DNA of 64,000 nucleotides from Camelus dromedarius (GCF_036321535.1 NC_087436.1:31436001-31500000), one strand, 5' to 3'. Numbered from the stretch's first letter, positions 25,021-39,126 are shown. The notes: a model not told the origin generated them from the sequence alone. A program made the numbers and translations.

Positions 25021-26534
25021 GCTAATTGTCCAGTCTCTTGTTCACATGTGGAACACTCATCCCTCTGGGGTCTTTTTCTCAACCAATCCTACAAGAGATC
25101 TGATGTCTTATCTCCTTCAGAAAAGAATTATACAACTTAATCAACAATACAATTCTAAGTCAAGAGGGTCACTGGCTTTACCTTCCATTCATGACAATTT
25201 CGAGGTTTGGATTAAAGTTTTCTCAGTACTCTCTGCAAGTCTTCAGAGTTCCCAACTTCTTTAAACACCTGTGCCTACATGTAATAATTTCCCAGGTTTC
25301 CCTATAGTTTTCCAGCAAATAGGAGAGATAATAAATAAGAGATTTTCACACAGAAAGGAGACTAAAATACATCAATATAATCAAATTACAAAGAATCTAA
25401 AAGAATGCATATATTACACATATATATTTGTTAAACAAAATGCTAATTCAATTTCCTTAAACACTTGACAAGACCTATTTTCTGCGAGATTTCTTGCTAA
25501 CAGGCCTTCCGTCACATTAAGTGCTCACAAAGTGCACGGAAGTTGTATTTTATCTCACAGCGTTAATTGAGCTGTCTAGGTTAAGGAAGCTGAATGTTAC
25601 GGTAATGTTTATTATACAAGCACACTTAATCTGAAGCTGGAAAGAAACATTTCTGTAGCTTTGAGTGTAATTTATCCCTGCAAAAGGCAAGAAAAAAAGG
25701 CCTTTTATCACCCTCTCATTTCAGTGAATTATGTTTATGGAGTCCTTCTACTGCTATGAATCTGGTTTCACTCCAACGTGAAGAGGAGTTAAGTCCCAAA
25801 TCCCTCTCAGTTGAATCTCATTATGTTCCTTGTCCCTTGTTTCCCATCAAGACATATGCCTTCACTATACATACAGTGCAGTCACAGTCACTTACACCTG
25901 CTCTTAGAGCAGCCATTTATTTATAGCAAGCATTTATTACACGAAGTGTAAATCTAGGTATCTAGAGACATTTATTATTTCAAATATTTTTGTTCCAGTT
26001 AACTTGCCATTGGAGAATTAGTTATCTTTTATCTTTTTATTCCTTGGCATTTTTTTTCAGTTGTTGGGACAGGTGGAGGAGAGTCCTCATTTTGCTAAAT
26101 TGACATTTTTCCTCATCTTTGATGCTTTTAAACCTGAATATCAGGGGTAATGACAGCATCCAATGGGATTAAGTATGTCTAGATTAAGCAAGGGAAGCAG
26201 AATTTAAAATTTTTCTACTTTCTATTTTGCTCTACACTAAAACATCAAAAAGCAATCCCATCAAGCCATTCATCTGCATCTTCTCAACAAAGGAGATATT
26301 CTCTATGTACAGAATGTAGTGTTGTTTTCATAATCTAGATTTAATTTTAAATGTAGTAAATAAAAGCTTACATAGTTTAATTTTAAATACTTTATGTAAT
26401 TGTTTATATAGAGAATAAATTTCCAACAACAATTAAATTCAATTAGCAAGATTAATAAAATATAGTGATGAAAAAATCATTCTTCCCAACATGAAAAACA
26501 TCTAGCTCTCTTGTGGTATATAATAGTGTGGAGT

Positions 26535-26670
26535 GACTCATTCATTCATTCAGCAAATATTGACTGACAGCTGACTATGCTTCCAACACTCTTCTGGGTA
26601 TTAGTTATACCACAGTAAACAAACACCCCTCTCCCCCAGAATTCCTCTGTTCATTGAGCTTAATCCCACC
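26535..26670 (-). mobile_element. L2 3' tail
   Basis: cattcattcattcagcaaatattgactgacagctgactatg. Confidence 0.7.
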
Positions 26671-27539
26671 CAGCTGAGAACCATTCAGTAAAACAAGGAG
26701 TAAGTAATTTTTTTTAATTACATAGCCACCTGGAAATGGTTAATTTTTTTAATTGTATACATTTTAATAAGGTAGACTACAAATATTCCATATGGAATTT
26801 GGCCAGGGTACCAAATTAACAATCTGCTCATCCTGTAATATAATAGACTCTTCTCAAAGCCATCTCTTCCTGAAAATCCTGGAAGAGGAACCACTGTTTC
26901 AGTAGAGACCTGAAATAATAGGTCGTCTTGATTTCAGGGGCTATAATGGCATTAGAACCTGAACAGAATTTCATTTATTTCAATGAAAAGATTGTTCTAG
27001 GAGAAGAAGATGCACTTTAAAAGTTAGCTATCACACTATCAAAAGTTGGGGTTCAAAGTCACAGGTAACTAACTCTCCAAAGCTCTTCCCACAACATCTC
27101 ATTGTGGCAGGAAGCAGCAGACTAGGAGATTGTGATGGAAATTCAAACACAGCTACTGACACAGAAATTTCTTAAGACACATCAAAATTAAGTAACATTA
27201 AGGAAAGTGAACAAGTATCAAACAATAGATTTTTTTCCTACCATGTTCAAATTTATAAAGCTCAAAAGCAATAATAAACATACTCTTGAAGTTTTAACAA
27301 CCAAACTTTTTTTTTGAAACAACAAAAATGGGTTATTATACACTATTTTGGAATGCTGGACAGACAGGGCTGGTGAGTAGGGGAGAGGATTATTAGTGGA
27401 GAACTCCTGGCTGCTCCACACACACATTTTAAACTTTCTCACCTCTGCTCATAGATCTACAAAATTTCTATAACTCCATAGATTCAAATCCTACTGTTCT
27501 GTATCATTGTCAGCAGAGAAGCAGCCTTTGTTCACCCCT

Positions 27540-27830
27540 CCAGCCTGCTCTCTTCAGTTATGGCTCTCGGGAAAGACTGGATTTTCCTGTGGTAGCTGGA
27601 GTACTGCCAGTAACAATTGGGACTGTTTCCTTGTTCCCATTCAATAGCAAAGAGAGAGTCACTTTTTCCCAAGAGTCCCAACACACTTTATCCATCTTAT
27701 TGGTCCAAATTAGCATGGGCCTATTCATCTCTGAACTGACAATCCTGACAAAGGGCACAGAATCACTACAATCAGTTTACACTAATCATCTGAGACAGAG
27801 TAGATACTAGGGAATTAGCCACAGTGTCCA
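27540..27830 (-). mobile_element. Old MaLR LTR (MLT1J/K-like) remnant
   Basis: cttattggtccaaattag...ctctgaactgacaatcctgacaaaggg resembles antisense MLT1. Confidence 0.45.
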
Positions 27831-29319
27831 CTATACCATCTCCCAAAGGCCAATCCCACGAACTCTTCTGCAGAGCTTTCCTCCTCCTTTTTCTCTCCTC
27901 TCTCTACTCCTAGGCTAGAAGTGACTTTTCACTACCCAGACCGCTTACGATGTGTCATCTGTACTTCTTTTAAGGTGCTTCTCAGTCTTTTGCTTTATTA
28001 TGGTTACTGAGTTATAATCCAAATGTGTCCTGGGATCCTTTGGACAGCCTCTATTTATATTCTTTGTTGACCTGAGGCCAGAATCAGTACTGTTCACTGA
28101 CCTATCCTTACAATTCCCCCCCAAAATATCCAACTCCAAAAGCACTGGCAGTGAGTAATGTCAATTTATGTACAGATTCACAGAAAGAAAAGGAAAATGA
28201 CTCACCTCATACTTTTCATACCACACAGCAGGCCTTTCCAGATTTGGCCTAAAGCCTGCTAAGTATGGCCCCTGTGGACTCTCTGCCAGGCAGCTTAGCA
28301 CTGTCTCCAAGACCCTGTGCTCCTGATTCTGCGTGACTAATCCTGTCCAGCCTTTGAAAGTAGGAGACAGATTCAGCAGGGAATCTGCTTTGACATGACT
28401 ACCCTCACAGTCACCCTTCCTTGCTTTCTTCCTCCAGGTGTTTTTCACGGGGGAGACAGAAAGAATTATTTCCTCACTCTGAAAGTCATAGTATACTAGT
28501 TTCTTGCTTGTCTCTGCCTGCCTCCCCTGCTTCAGTCGTAAATAACAATAACAATAAGAGTAAATATAATGCTTATCCTGATATCCTTTATCCATAGCCT
28601 AACAAATGCTCCATTAGACTTATCTGTTCCTTGCAAAAGTCTTTCAGTTATGCCCACCACTTTATCTCCAGCCATACTTGTGGGTGGAGAGCAGAGGTAG
28701 TTTTTTTCTGGTACATTTGTACACACCTTCTCTTTCTACAAGAGTGTAAGACCTTTGAAGGCAGGCTCAATTTCTTACAGACCTTTACACTATGCCCCAT
28801 TGTCTCAATTAACTCTAGATAAAAGAGAAGGAAATGATACACGTGCAAAAGCTACTAAAGGAATCTAAAGGTTTAGAGTACTTCTCCCCACTTACTCTAC
28901 AATGCTTAGCCCTTACAGCTGCCAGATAGAACTCTTCCAATCTGCGTCCAGGGTCAAATGAACCAGAATGTAACTTAAAAGTAACTTAAGTTTAAAAAAA
29001 ATTTTTTTGTTAACTTCAAAGACCAGAAGCTCTTTATATAACTTCCCCATCTTATATATCATTGCCAACATCACTGAGCTTTTAGGAAGGAGATGAATAT
29101 AAAAACTTAGAAAGTCTTCTGAGAAGATATTGATAAGGTCAATGCCTTACAGAAGTTCTACTTGTAAAGGCTAAAATACCACTAGAATGAGGTATTCTAC
29201 AGAGCACAAGTGGCAAAACCTCATGACTAAAAGTCACTGTGTAAGGCTTCTTGCTTGTCTTTGCCTGGCCCTCAGCTTCAGTCTTAAAGGACAATAAAAA
29301 TAACAACAACCATGACGAC

Positions 29320-29560
29320 AACAACAATAAGAATATCTACCATTTATTGAGTACTTACTATGTGCCAGTCACTGTCCTAAGTATTTTTCATACATCACCA
29401 AATTTAACTGCAATGCTTCCAACTTAATTTCATATGAGACAGGTATGGTTAATCTCATTATATAGGTTAGGAAATTGAAGCACGGAGAAAATACTTGTTC
29501 GAGACACTAAATAGAACAAGACCAAATTCCAGCTCTGAATAACTCTGCTCCATTCTGCAG
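29320..29560 (-). mobile_element. MIR SINE
   Basis: catttattgagtacttactatgtgccagtcactgtcctaagt...ggaaattgaagcacggaga. Confidence 0.85.
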
Positions 29561-32389
29561 AGACTTATAACCAGTGAGCTCCTGTCTAAGTGAGTGTCTG
29601 GATATAAACTACTGCCCCCTTCCTGGTGAGAAGCCAGCCTAGAATAAATCTTGCCCCCTGGACTGCAGTTTCTCTATTTCAGTCTCATTATATGTGGCAT
29701 TTAAGTAGATCTCCCTGACTTGACTTCTGCCTTGGCTTTTACCTAGTTTTCCTCCAGGGTCAATAATGGAGTGAGCAGAATTCAGCAGCTACAGCCTTGA
29801 TCCCCTCACCAGGCCCTGTTCCTCCAGCCCCCTCCCCACCCCTCAGACTAGACTCTGCCTCCCCTATCACCTCAGGCACAGATTCAGCTCTGAATTACAC
29901 TGAGTGACCCTGAAAATCTCAGGGGCTGGAAAATTCACTTCCAGAGTGTTCTAGTATCCTGAAACAAGTCTAAAAGACAGAGGGCATAGGCCTCCTGGTG
30001 CTGTCAGAGATAGTCTACCTTTTCATGGACTGAAAAACTAAAACCTTAAAGGAAATCATGGTGAGGGGACTGCAGTTATGAGAAAATCCATAAAAACTCT
30101 TACATTCATAACAACTAAAAGCCCAACATGCAAACAAATAGGATACCAATGGTATTTTACACGTGTAGAATTAGCAATAAGGGGAATTATACAATCACCA
30201 TCCATTTATAATACCTTATTCATAGTAATATTATGTTTCAATTTTTAAGTTTTCCTTCCTCTGCAGTTTTTTATGCTATTTATATAATTCTTCTGAATGG
30301 ACTACTTAACTCGAGGAAAAGATATATGTTATGCAAAAACAAACACTTTTTTTTAGATTTAGCTCATCTCCTTAAAAAATAAACCATCATGGAGACAGCA
30401 GATATAACAATAAAAGCTAGTATTTATTGACTGCTCAGTACCTGTTTTACAGTTTAATTATTGCTGCTATTGTTAAATTAGAGATGAAGAAAATAAGGTC
30501 AGTAATATCCTAACAAAGAGTATGTGGCATATGAGAAGCAAAAGATGTTTTTTTAATTAGCTGGAGTGCCTGCAGATCTTGAAATTCCACCTTATCTAGG
30601 AGTTTTATAATGTTGTAACCAAAGTTACAAGGAACCTAGAGTCTTTAAGGGCCTGTGAGTTCAAAAAGTGATGGAATAAAAACTGAGCACAGACAGGATG
30701 TGTAAGTAGAATTTGACGTTGCATCTCAGGTTGCTGAAAGATGCAGAAGGGACACTGACTCTTCAGAGGTTTTATTTTCCTAAGTAGAAGGCACATAGCA
30801 CTGCCAGAGGCATGGATCAGATGGATTCAAAAAGAACCCTATTGACTTGGTACCAAGATAGCTTCTCCAGGAATTTGGAATACTATCTCAAGAAATCAGA
30901 CATCCTGAGATTTCAGGAGAAATTAGGATGAAATCTATTTTAAAAGGACAATGTTCCCAAGAGTTAGGGAAAAGCTTAAATGAAGAAAACCACAAAGAAT
31001 CACATTGATGTATGTCAAGTCTATGGCTAACTAAAGAAACAACTGAAAGTGTTCCTATGAATTATCTAACTTGTGTGTGACTTGACCCAATCCCAAAGTG
31101 TCCCTGTCCTTTAGTGAGATTGGTGATGTTTTATATTCTCCCCCACAGTAGGTAAAAGCAAAATTTAAAAAGCGGTCTTGAATCCTAGGCATGAAAGCTA
31201 AAATGGTGATCTATAATAGAAGTGCAGAATTAATGTGAGGAAACTGAAGCCGGGAAAGCCAGGAATTCACCCCAGTTGAGAAGTGATGAGCTAAACGGTG
31301 AGTCAGCCGTAAGCCAGGCAGGCAGGCAGGCAGGAGTCCAGAAGGACTGCGTGTTGAAAAGCAGGCGAGAGCAGTGAGTTAAGAATCAGTCAGACATAGG
31401 GAAAGCAGAGCCTCGCGGCTCCCAGAGATCAGGCAAACACAGGTCAGAAATCAAGTAGGCAGGACCAAAACAGAAGGCATTAACTATCACAGAGCAAAGG
31501 AAAGCAGATGGCTGGAGCCCTCGAAGGGCAGGGTAGGACCAGGAGTTCCACAGGGAGTGAAGGGATAAGGCAAAGCAGGTGAGAAAACAGATTTATAGAC
31601 ACATAGAAATTTATGACATATGTGTGTCTGTTTATGTACAAAAGTAGCAGACACTGAATATTGATTCTAACAATATAACCCACTTAACACTGAATTCTGA
31701 AGTCTTCTCTTTTTGCATAACTGGATGTACTACTTAGTAAATGCAAACACTATACTTTACTCTCCATTTTTTTCTTTCTCTAATGACCAATGATTCAAAA
31801 CATTAGTTTGAGAAAGTTGTCTGCTCCTTCCTAAAGGATCACTGATATTTCTCAAAACTGAACTGTCACAGTCAGATGTCAATAACAGTAGTCACGATCA
31901 AGGACTCCTGAGAGTCTACATTTTCTACATTACACTCTCTTTCATCATATTCATACATAGTTCTCAAATGTGTAATACCCCTCTTTATGTGGGGATGAAA
32001 ACAGAAATTAATGTAGCCGTGATTTTCATGGACAAGCTAGAATAAAATATGTTTCCACTGAAGACGCAAAACAAGGAGGCATTTGAGCTTTGGTCTGAAG
32101 GGTTTATTTAAGTATTTTAAATGTCAGCATAACACAGGGGAAGGGTTCTTCAAACAGAAATCAAAGAAATCAGAGATGTGGGGTCAAATTTCTGCTGTGC
32201 CTCTAAATCGCTATGTTTACTAACCTCTTGATCACAGTTTATTTTTAAGATAACAGAGATTATTTCTTTAGCTTTAAAATTCTATATTTCTAAGAAAGAT
32301 TCTTCTAAGCACTCTAGGGGCTAATGATTAGAATGTGTTTATCAGAAAGGCTATAGGATATCTTTCTGAAAGTCTTTAAATATAAATTA

Positions 32390-33200
32390 GAAAATTCTAG
32401 ATGGAATAAATACTTAAATGTAAAGTCATAAAAATATAGAAGAACTAGATGAAATTCATAGTCCTATTTTACACTAATTTTGTAGTGAGAAAGTATTTTG
32501 TAAACATGACACAAAAATACCAGAAAGGAAAAAATAATAAATTTAACAATATGAAAATTATAAACTTTTATACAACAAAGTATGATACAACATGATATAA
32601 CCAAAGTTAAAAACAAACTAGTAAAAATGCAACACAGATCACAGGCAAAAGGTTGATTTCCCTGATATACAAAAGGGTCTTACAAATCAATAAGAAAAAT
32701 GATGCAAGTACCACAACTGAAAAATGGCAACAACAACAAAACGCTAGAAATGCTTAGAAGAAACATAAATGTCACTAAACATAGGAAAAGATGTTCAACT
32801 TCACCAACAGTTGGAAACATTTAAATTAAAAATCAGAGGTACAATTTTTCACCTCTTGGATTGGCAATTTTTGAAAATAGCATCACCACTATTTGTTTAG
32901 AACACAGAGAAACATGTGCTCTCATAAACTTCTGATTAGAGTATAAACTAGCATAACTTTTTTGAGAGTGATCTAGCAATATGTATGGTAATTTTAAATG
33001 TGTATACTTTTCTCACCTCAGTTCCCTTAGTGGAATTTATCTTATAGAAATACTCGAAAAAGTTTTTTTTTTAAATGAAAATTATAGCATTGTTAAATAG
33101 AGAAGGGTGAAAGTTAGAAAAAAATTCAAATGTCTACCAATAAGAAGCAGGTTATATAAATTACATTTCTTCTGTTCAACGGAAAACCATTCAATCAAGG
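32390..33200 (+). mobile_element. Old L1 (L1ME-like) ORF2 3' part and 3' UTR
   Basis: tacaaatcaataagaaaa...gaaaagatgttcaacttcac...ggattggcaa...gaatttatcttatagaaatac. Confidence 0.8.
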
Positions 33201-35199
33201 GGAATAAAAGGATACTTCTGTATTGCTTATACTTTTTAAACTTGTTCATATTGATTTTATAATACTAAGAATAACAAGACAGATGATGATAGGTATTCTT
33301 TCTGACTGTATAACTTAAGTATAATTCTATCGCATCCATTTACTCATTTATTTATTCAACAAATATTTTTGAGTACCTACTCTGCACAATGCCCCATTAG
33401 AAAATTGTGTAGTTTCTCAAGTTCCCTTCTAGCTCTTTTAGTCAGTTTCTTTTCTCAAAGACAGTGAAGATTGTGTTTGTTAGTATTTAAAACTTGAGTA
33501 GTTGACATGTCTGATATAATAGCAGAATTAATCTTCAGTCTAAAAACCAACAGATAGCAGCAAGAAATGTAGAAGAATTAAAAGCTGGTTGTGAGAGATT
33601 GGTTACAGAGCTGGTGGGGAACGGTAGACAGTTGTTTCTCATTGCTGCCACGGAATTCACTGTTGCTTTTTTGCTGGGCATGAAGGGACTTGGAAGAGGA
33701 AAGTCATTGCCTCACAATGTTTATTTGATCTTAAAAATCTCAGTTCTTTCTCTCATATAACTTAAGAGGAAAAGATAAAGGGGAGATTTTCTGCAACATC
33801 ATGAATTAACATCATAAAAGAGAAATTTGACAGTACAATCAACCAGTACACCCTGGTTCCATGGAAAATGTTGTCAACATATTGAAATCTTTTCTTAATG
33901 GTTGGTAGGAAGCCACTGCCCTGAAACCTGCAAGAGCTGCTCACAGCCCTGGCTGCCCAGCCTTCTCCTGGGACTTCCAGACCTCCCCATGATATAGCCA
34001 CTAAGGGTCTACTGCTGTCCCAGCAGGGACATCCAGGGTCCTGCTCCAGGTCATGACTAGCATCCATTCTAAAGGGTCAGGGCCACGCCTCATCAGTCTT
34101 TGAACATTTTGAATATCACCTTGAGAAATCATATGTTTCCACTTCTTCATTTTAACAAATTGGGTAGCTGTTGCCTTTGAGGGTACTCAAAAATCTCCTT
34201 CCTGCGTGGTCACTGTCCTCATTGTCTTCACCTCTTGGCTAACTCACTTTGGGGCTGGCAAATCCCGAGATCCTCAGTCATGAATATTCTCGCACCTCCC
34301 TGATTCCACTGCTCAGTCATGCCTGCTCTGCACCTGTCATCCCACAGCTACCCGTGCAAGGCAATGGTCGCTGACTCCCCATGGCTTAGACTGAAGCTTT
34401 GAATCTCCCTATTTTATTCTATGAGGGCAAAGTTCTAGATTTTGTTATCTGTTGTATAAAATTAATGATCATTTTTGTTATCTTAGTATCTTACATCATT
34501 GACTTTTCTGTTCTAGTCCTGCTTTTTTCAGTTTTCGGTATGATTTTGGACATTTTGCTTATAATCACTTTCTTACCTATTAGGACTCCCTTCACATCTT
34601 TTAACTGTCCTCTCATTAAAATTCAGAATCCACACCATGCTTCCACTTTGATTGACTGAGTGATTCTTCTCTGTGCCGATGTTTGGCAAGCATTTAATAG
34701 TAATTAAAGATTTCTCTGATCTGTTCATAGGGCTCTTGGTTAATCAACAAGAAGTCACTTTGATTGATAGTCACTGTCACAAAAACAGGAAGGCAGGACC
34801 TCTTAACAAATTTCCATGAAGAAATATTCAGTAGATGAAATGTTCCAAATGAATGTCCATACATATTTAACCTCAAAGCAGGGTTTTTGTTTTTTTTTAA
34901 AGGACAACATGAGCTTTTATTGTCTGGCAATCATACCAAAGTAAAGCCTGGAATAGGAATTCTGAGTGTCCCTGAGGCCTGAAAAAAAAAACCCTGAGGT
35001 TCCCTTTCTCCTCCTCATTAGCTTGAATTCTTAGATGGTGTAAGGGATCAACTAGAAATCTATAGCAATAAAGCTGGTGGTGAGGCCATCCTGGCAGGTG
35101 AGAAATTAAGACAGGAAGTGAATCCTGTGGGCTTTAAAATAATGAGGAGAAATGGCAAAACCAACAGCAGCGGGTAAAGGGCATGAACAACTAAAGAGT

Positions 35200-35720
35200 C
35201 TCCATGGGTCATCATTGGAAAACATATTATTTCAGTATATATTCTCTTGATTTAGTGCCTGCTGCCTGAGGTCTGCGGTACCACTAAAGCTAATAAATCA
35301 TCGCTCTGGATGACAGCCCGAGCACCTGTGTTTTATCATACGGCAGGAAACCTTGTAAATTACCAAGAGGAGCAACTAGTGACCATGCAGCAGAGCTATG
35401 AGAATCAGTCAAAGCCTCAGTCCATTAAGCCCATTTCATTTTATTTGCAGGTGCATTAAAAGAAATAGGGAGCACTGCAGAAGAGATGAGCCCCAGCCTT
35501 TTGATTAGTATTTAATGAGAACGACACAGGGCGGCCGGAGCAGACTCCTAATGGCCTACAGATGGAATATGTCCACAGTGGGACCCCACCTGCTTCTATC
35601 TGCCCATTGGCTATGCTACAATTTGGCTTATAAAAGCAATAGGACAACTTCAAGGGAGTGAGTTTGCGGCAGGCACAGAAACCTTACTTTGTGCTTTTGT
35701 ACCTTTGAGCTTTGTTTCAC
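35200..35720. promoter_or_regulatory. Candidate enhancer or conserved element
   Basis: Repeat-free; about 8 CpGs in 400 bp in a CpG-poor window; taataaatca, gtaaattac, ccattaa, tttaatga and cctaatgg motifs. Confidence 0.4.
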
Positions 35721-37574
35721 AGAGAAAGTTGGCTTATGAATTCACTTAGTGTGTCACAGTTTTCAAAACTTTTGATTCTATAACTTCCTCTCAAACAAAT
35801 TGACCAAAAAAAAAAAAGTGCCAAAGTCGGATATACTTTTCTTAGCAAATTCATCAAAGTAAGTAAGCTCATTCTTTTTATCCTCAACTTTTTATTCAAA
35901 TTACTTCTGTCTTGTTATTATAGCCTCTGTATTCTTGAGCACTCACCAGAGGCAGAAGTAAAAGAAAGCCTGAGACTAAAGGCTTGCACCACTCATTTAA
36001 TGGAGCCGTCAGTTGTAAGATACACATCCACAGGAGACCACAGGCAAGAGTGCTCTTGTCCATGCACTTCCTAATTTAAAGTCTCCCATCATTAAAAGAA
36101 AATCTAGTGCTCCTAACTTAGGTCAAGGTGACATTTAACTGTATCAGGCCAAGTTTTTGATTACCTACAGATCATTCATCTGGGTTGAATATATGCAGTG
36201 CTATTCTGAGACCACATTTCTTTACACAGAAGGACTTGGAATACACCTGCTGGGTTCCCAAATACAAGACCACAAGCCCAAATTTCAGCATGCCAACTTC
36301 TGGAAGAGAGGAGAAAGGAAGTTGTGATTATCTCTAATTGTCTGTACTTATAATAGCCAGATGGCCGTAATTCAGCAAAAAACCAACAGCTCTCTCTCCT
36401 CTATCATTCTTTTGGAAACTATGAGCTGGATAGAGACATAAGCAATAGGTCAGCCCTTCATGTACTCCCTCTCTGCTGAGTGCGGGGAGTCATTCCTGCA
36501 AGCACACCTATAAAAAGATCCCTGCTTTGTGCCTCTCTGTGAGTGACTGTTCAGCCAGTTCTCAATTATTCAGGGAGAAGGCTGCCATATTCTGGGTAAT
36601 TTTCATTCTGTGTATCCCTCATACTCTATCATCGTCTCTTCACATGCTGTCTGCTATTTCTGGTTGTGCCATTGCTGGGGTGACAGAAAGAAGCATCACC
36701 CATCAGCAACCCCCTCCCCACCAGCCGTGCCAAGGCACTTCAAGCAGGGCTGCTAGAGCAAGTATTCCATCAACTTCCACCTCTCAAAGCTGTCAGTCCA
36801 AGATGATGTATCTACAAAGGGATTTCAGAGCTTTATAAGCAAATAATGCCTCCTCCAAAGCACATATTAACTAAGCAAACAATAGGCCTTAATTCAGTGT
36901 GTGCATTTGCATATTTACACAGAAGCCCCTGCTGCTTATTTGCCTAAGATAATGAAAGAGCATCCAAGGAACCTTCTCCATTGGAGCCTAAGCACACACG
37001 CAGAAAACATGATGGGTTGATTTAAAGTTTTAATTTCCTCTTTCTGTGGGGGAGTGTCATCATTTGGATTAATTTAGATAACTCACAGTATCTGGTAAAA
37101 GAGGGAGTAGCCCAGGATAGAAATTCTTATCAATCTTTTTCTTTGCAATGCTGCTGAAAATTGTCTTCAGTCTGAAATGAGGTTAATAACACCTGTAGAA
37201 AGACAGGGAGGCCTAAGGATAGGAAAAGCTGTGAAGTTCAACGTTTTGTAGTAACGTGAAATCCTAACATTGAAAGTCAAACTCATGAGATAACTTTACT
37301 TCCAACTGTTCATGGAACAAATGGTTAATCACTAGCTCCCTGGGTAACTAGTTAAGAGCAGCATCAATAGAACTCATCTCTCTAGGTTTTTGCAAACTGA
37401 AGGATTTTTCTTTCAGTGAAATATTCCTGAAGATGACTTTTGTAGTACATCCTCATCAAGTATGCTTCCCAAACCCTTTTTAGAGTGAAAAGCAATAGAA
37501 ATAATCAGTTGTTGAGTATTTCTTTTCCTCAGGTAAATTGAGTTCAGTTTATCATAAAAATCATCAGTTGAATT

Positions 37575-39126
37575 GAATGGAGAAAGCCATCAAGATTAGA
37601 AAGGAAAAAATAAAACTGTTTTATTTGCATATAAATGATGGTGAATGTAGAAAATCATAAGGAATCTACAGAACAGCTACTTCTAGAACTAACAAATTTG
37701 GCAAAGTAAGGATATAAAATCAACATAAAAAATAGACTGTATTGCTATATACTAGTAACAAACAACTGGAAAAAGTAATTCAAAAACCAATACCATTTAC
37801 AATACAAGACAGTATTGTAATGAAATAACAATGGGCAAACACATTAATGGAACCGAATGAAGTGTTCAAAAATAGAGCAATACATATGGTGAATGTGTTT
37901 CAGACAAAAATCCAAGGCAAATCAATGGAGAAAGAAAGTCTTTTCAACCAATAGCACTGGAATAGCTATATAAATGCATGAAAAAAGACCTTTGACCCCT
38001 TCCTCACACCATGTACAAATTTGATTTGAGATGAATATAGTCCCAAATTTAAAGCTAAAATTCTAAAGGCTTTAGAAGAACAAACAGATGACTATTTCTA
38101 TGACGTGGGGTAGAAAAAGGTTTTTTAGGGAACACAAAAAGTACTAACCGTGAAATACTAACTTTATCAAAATTTAAAACTCATCCAAAGACATCATTAA
38201 GAAAACAAAAGAGGAAACTACAGAGAGGGAAACAATATTTGCACTATTCTTAACTCACAAAGGACTTACATCCTAAATATACTTTTAAAATTCAATGATA
38301 AAAAGACAAACAACCCAATTTTAAAAATGGAAAATGTTTCAAATTCACACTTTACAGAGAAAATATAGAATTCACACTTCACAAAGAAGATAAAGAATGA
38401 CCAATAAGCACATGAAAGAATGTTCAACATCATTAGTCAGCAGGGACTGCAAATTAAAACCAGAATGAGGCACCACTGCATACTCACTAGAACAGCTAAA
38501 ATTAAAAAGACTCTCATAGATTGGTAGTAGGAGTCTAAAATGATACATACAACTACACTGGAAAACTGTATGCCAGTGTTTTAAGTTAAACATATACCTA
38601 CCCTATGATCTATTCAATTCTTAAGTATTTACCAAAGAGAAATGAAAACATGTCCACACAAAGACTTGTACAGAAATGTTTATAGCAACTTTATTTATAA
38701 TAGCCAAAAAGTAAAAAACAACCCACATACTATCAACAGGGAAATGGATGAACAAAAGGGGTATTGTCATAGAATGGAATTCTAATGAGTATTTTTTGAA
38801 AATGAATTACTGATAACCTGCAACAATACAAAATAAACCATGAAAACATAACATTCAGTTATCACGTCTATTATTCTATCACACAAATTAAGTTCAAAAA
38901 CAGACAAAACTGATCTGTGGTGCTAGAAATCAGAGCAGTGGTTGCCTATCAGGGGGTAGAAACTGACTGGAAGGAGGCTCAGTAGAACTTTCTGGAATAC
39001 TGGAAATGTTCTATATCTTGTTTGAGTTGTTATTCACACGGACAAATGTTAGTCACATTTGTCTAAGCTCACCTATACCTATAAGATTTGTGCATTTTGC
39101 TGTATGTAAATTTTACCTCAATAAAA
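37575..39126 (+). mobile_element. L1 (L1MC/L1ME-like) ORF2 3' half and 3' UTR
   Basis: Sense L1 motifs (caatggagaaagaaagtcttttcaac, gccaataagcacatgaaa-like, atgtttatagcaactttatttataatagcc), ending ttttacctcAATAAAA. Confidence 0.9.
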
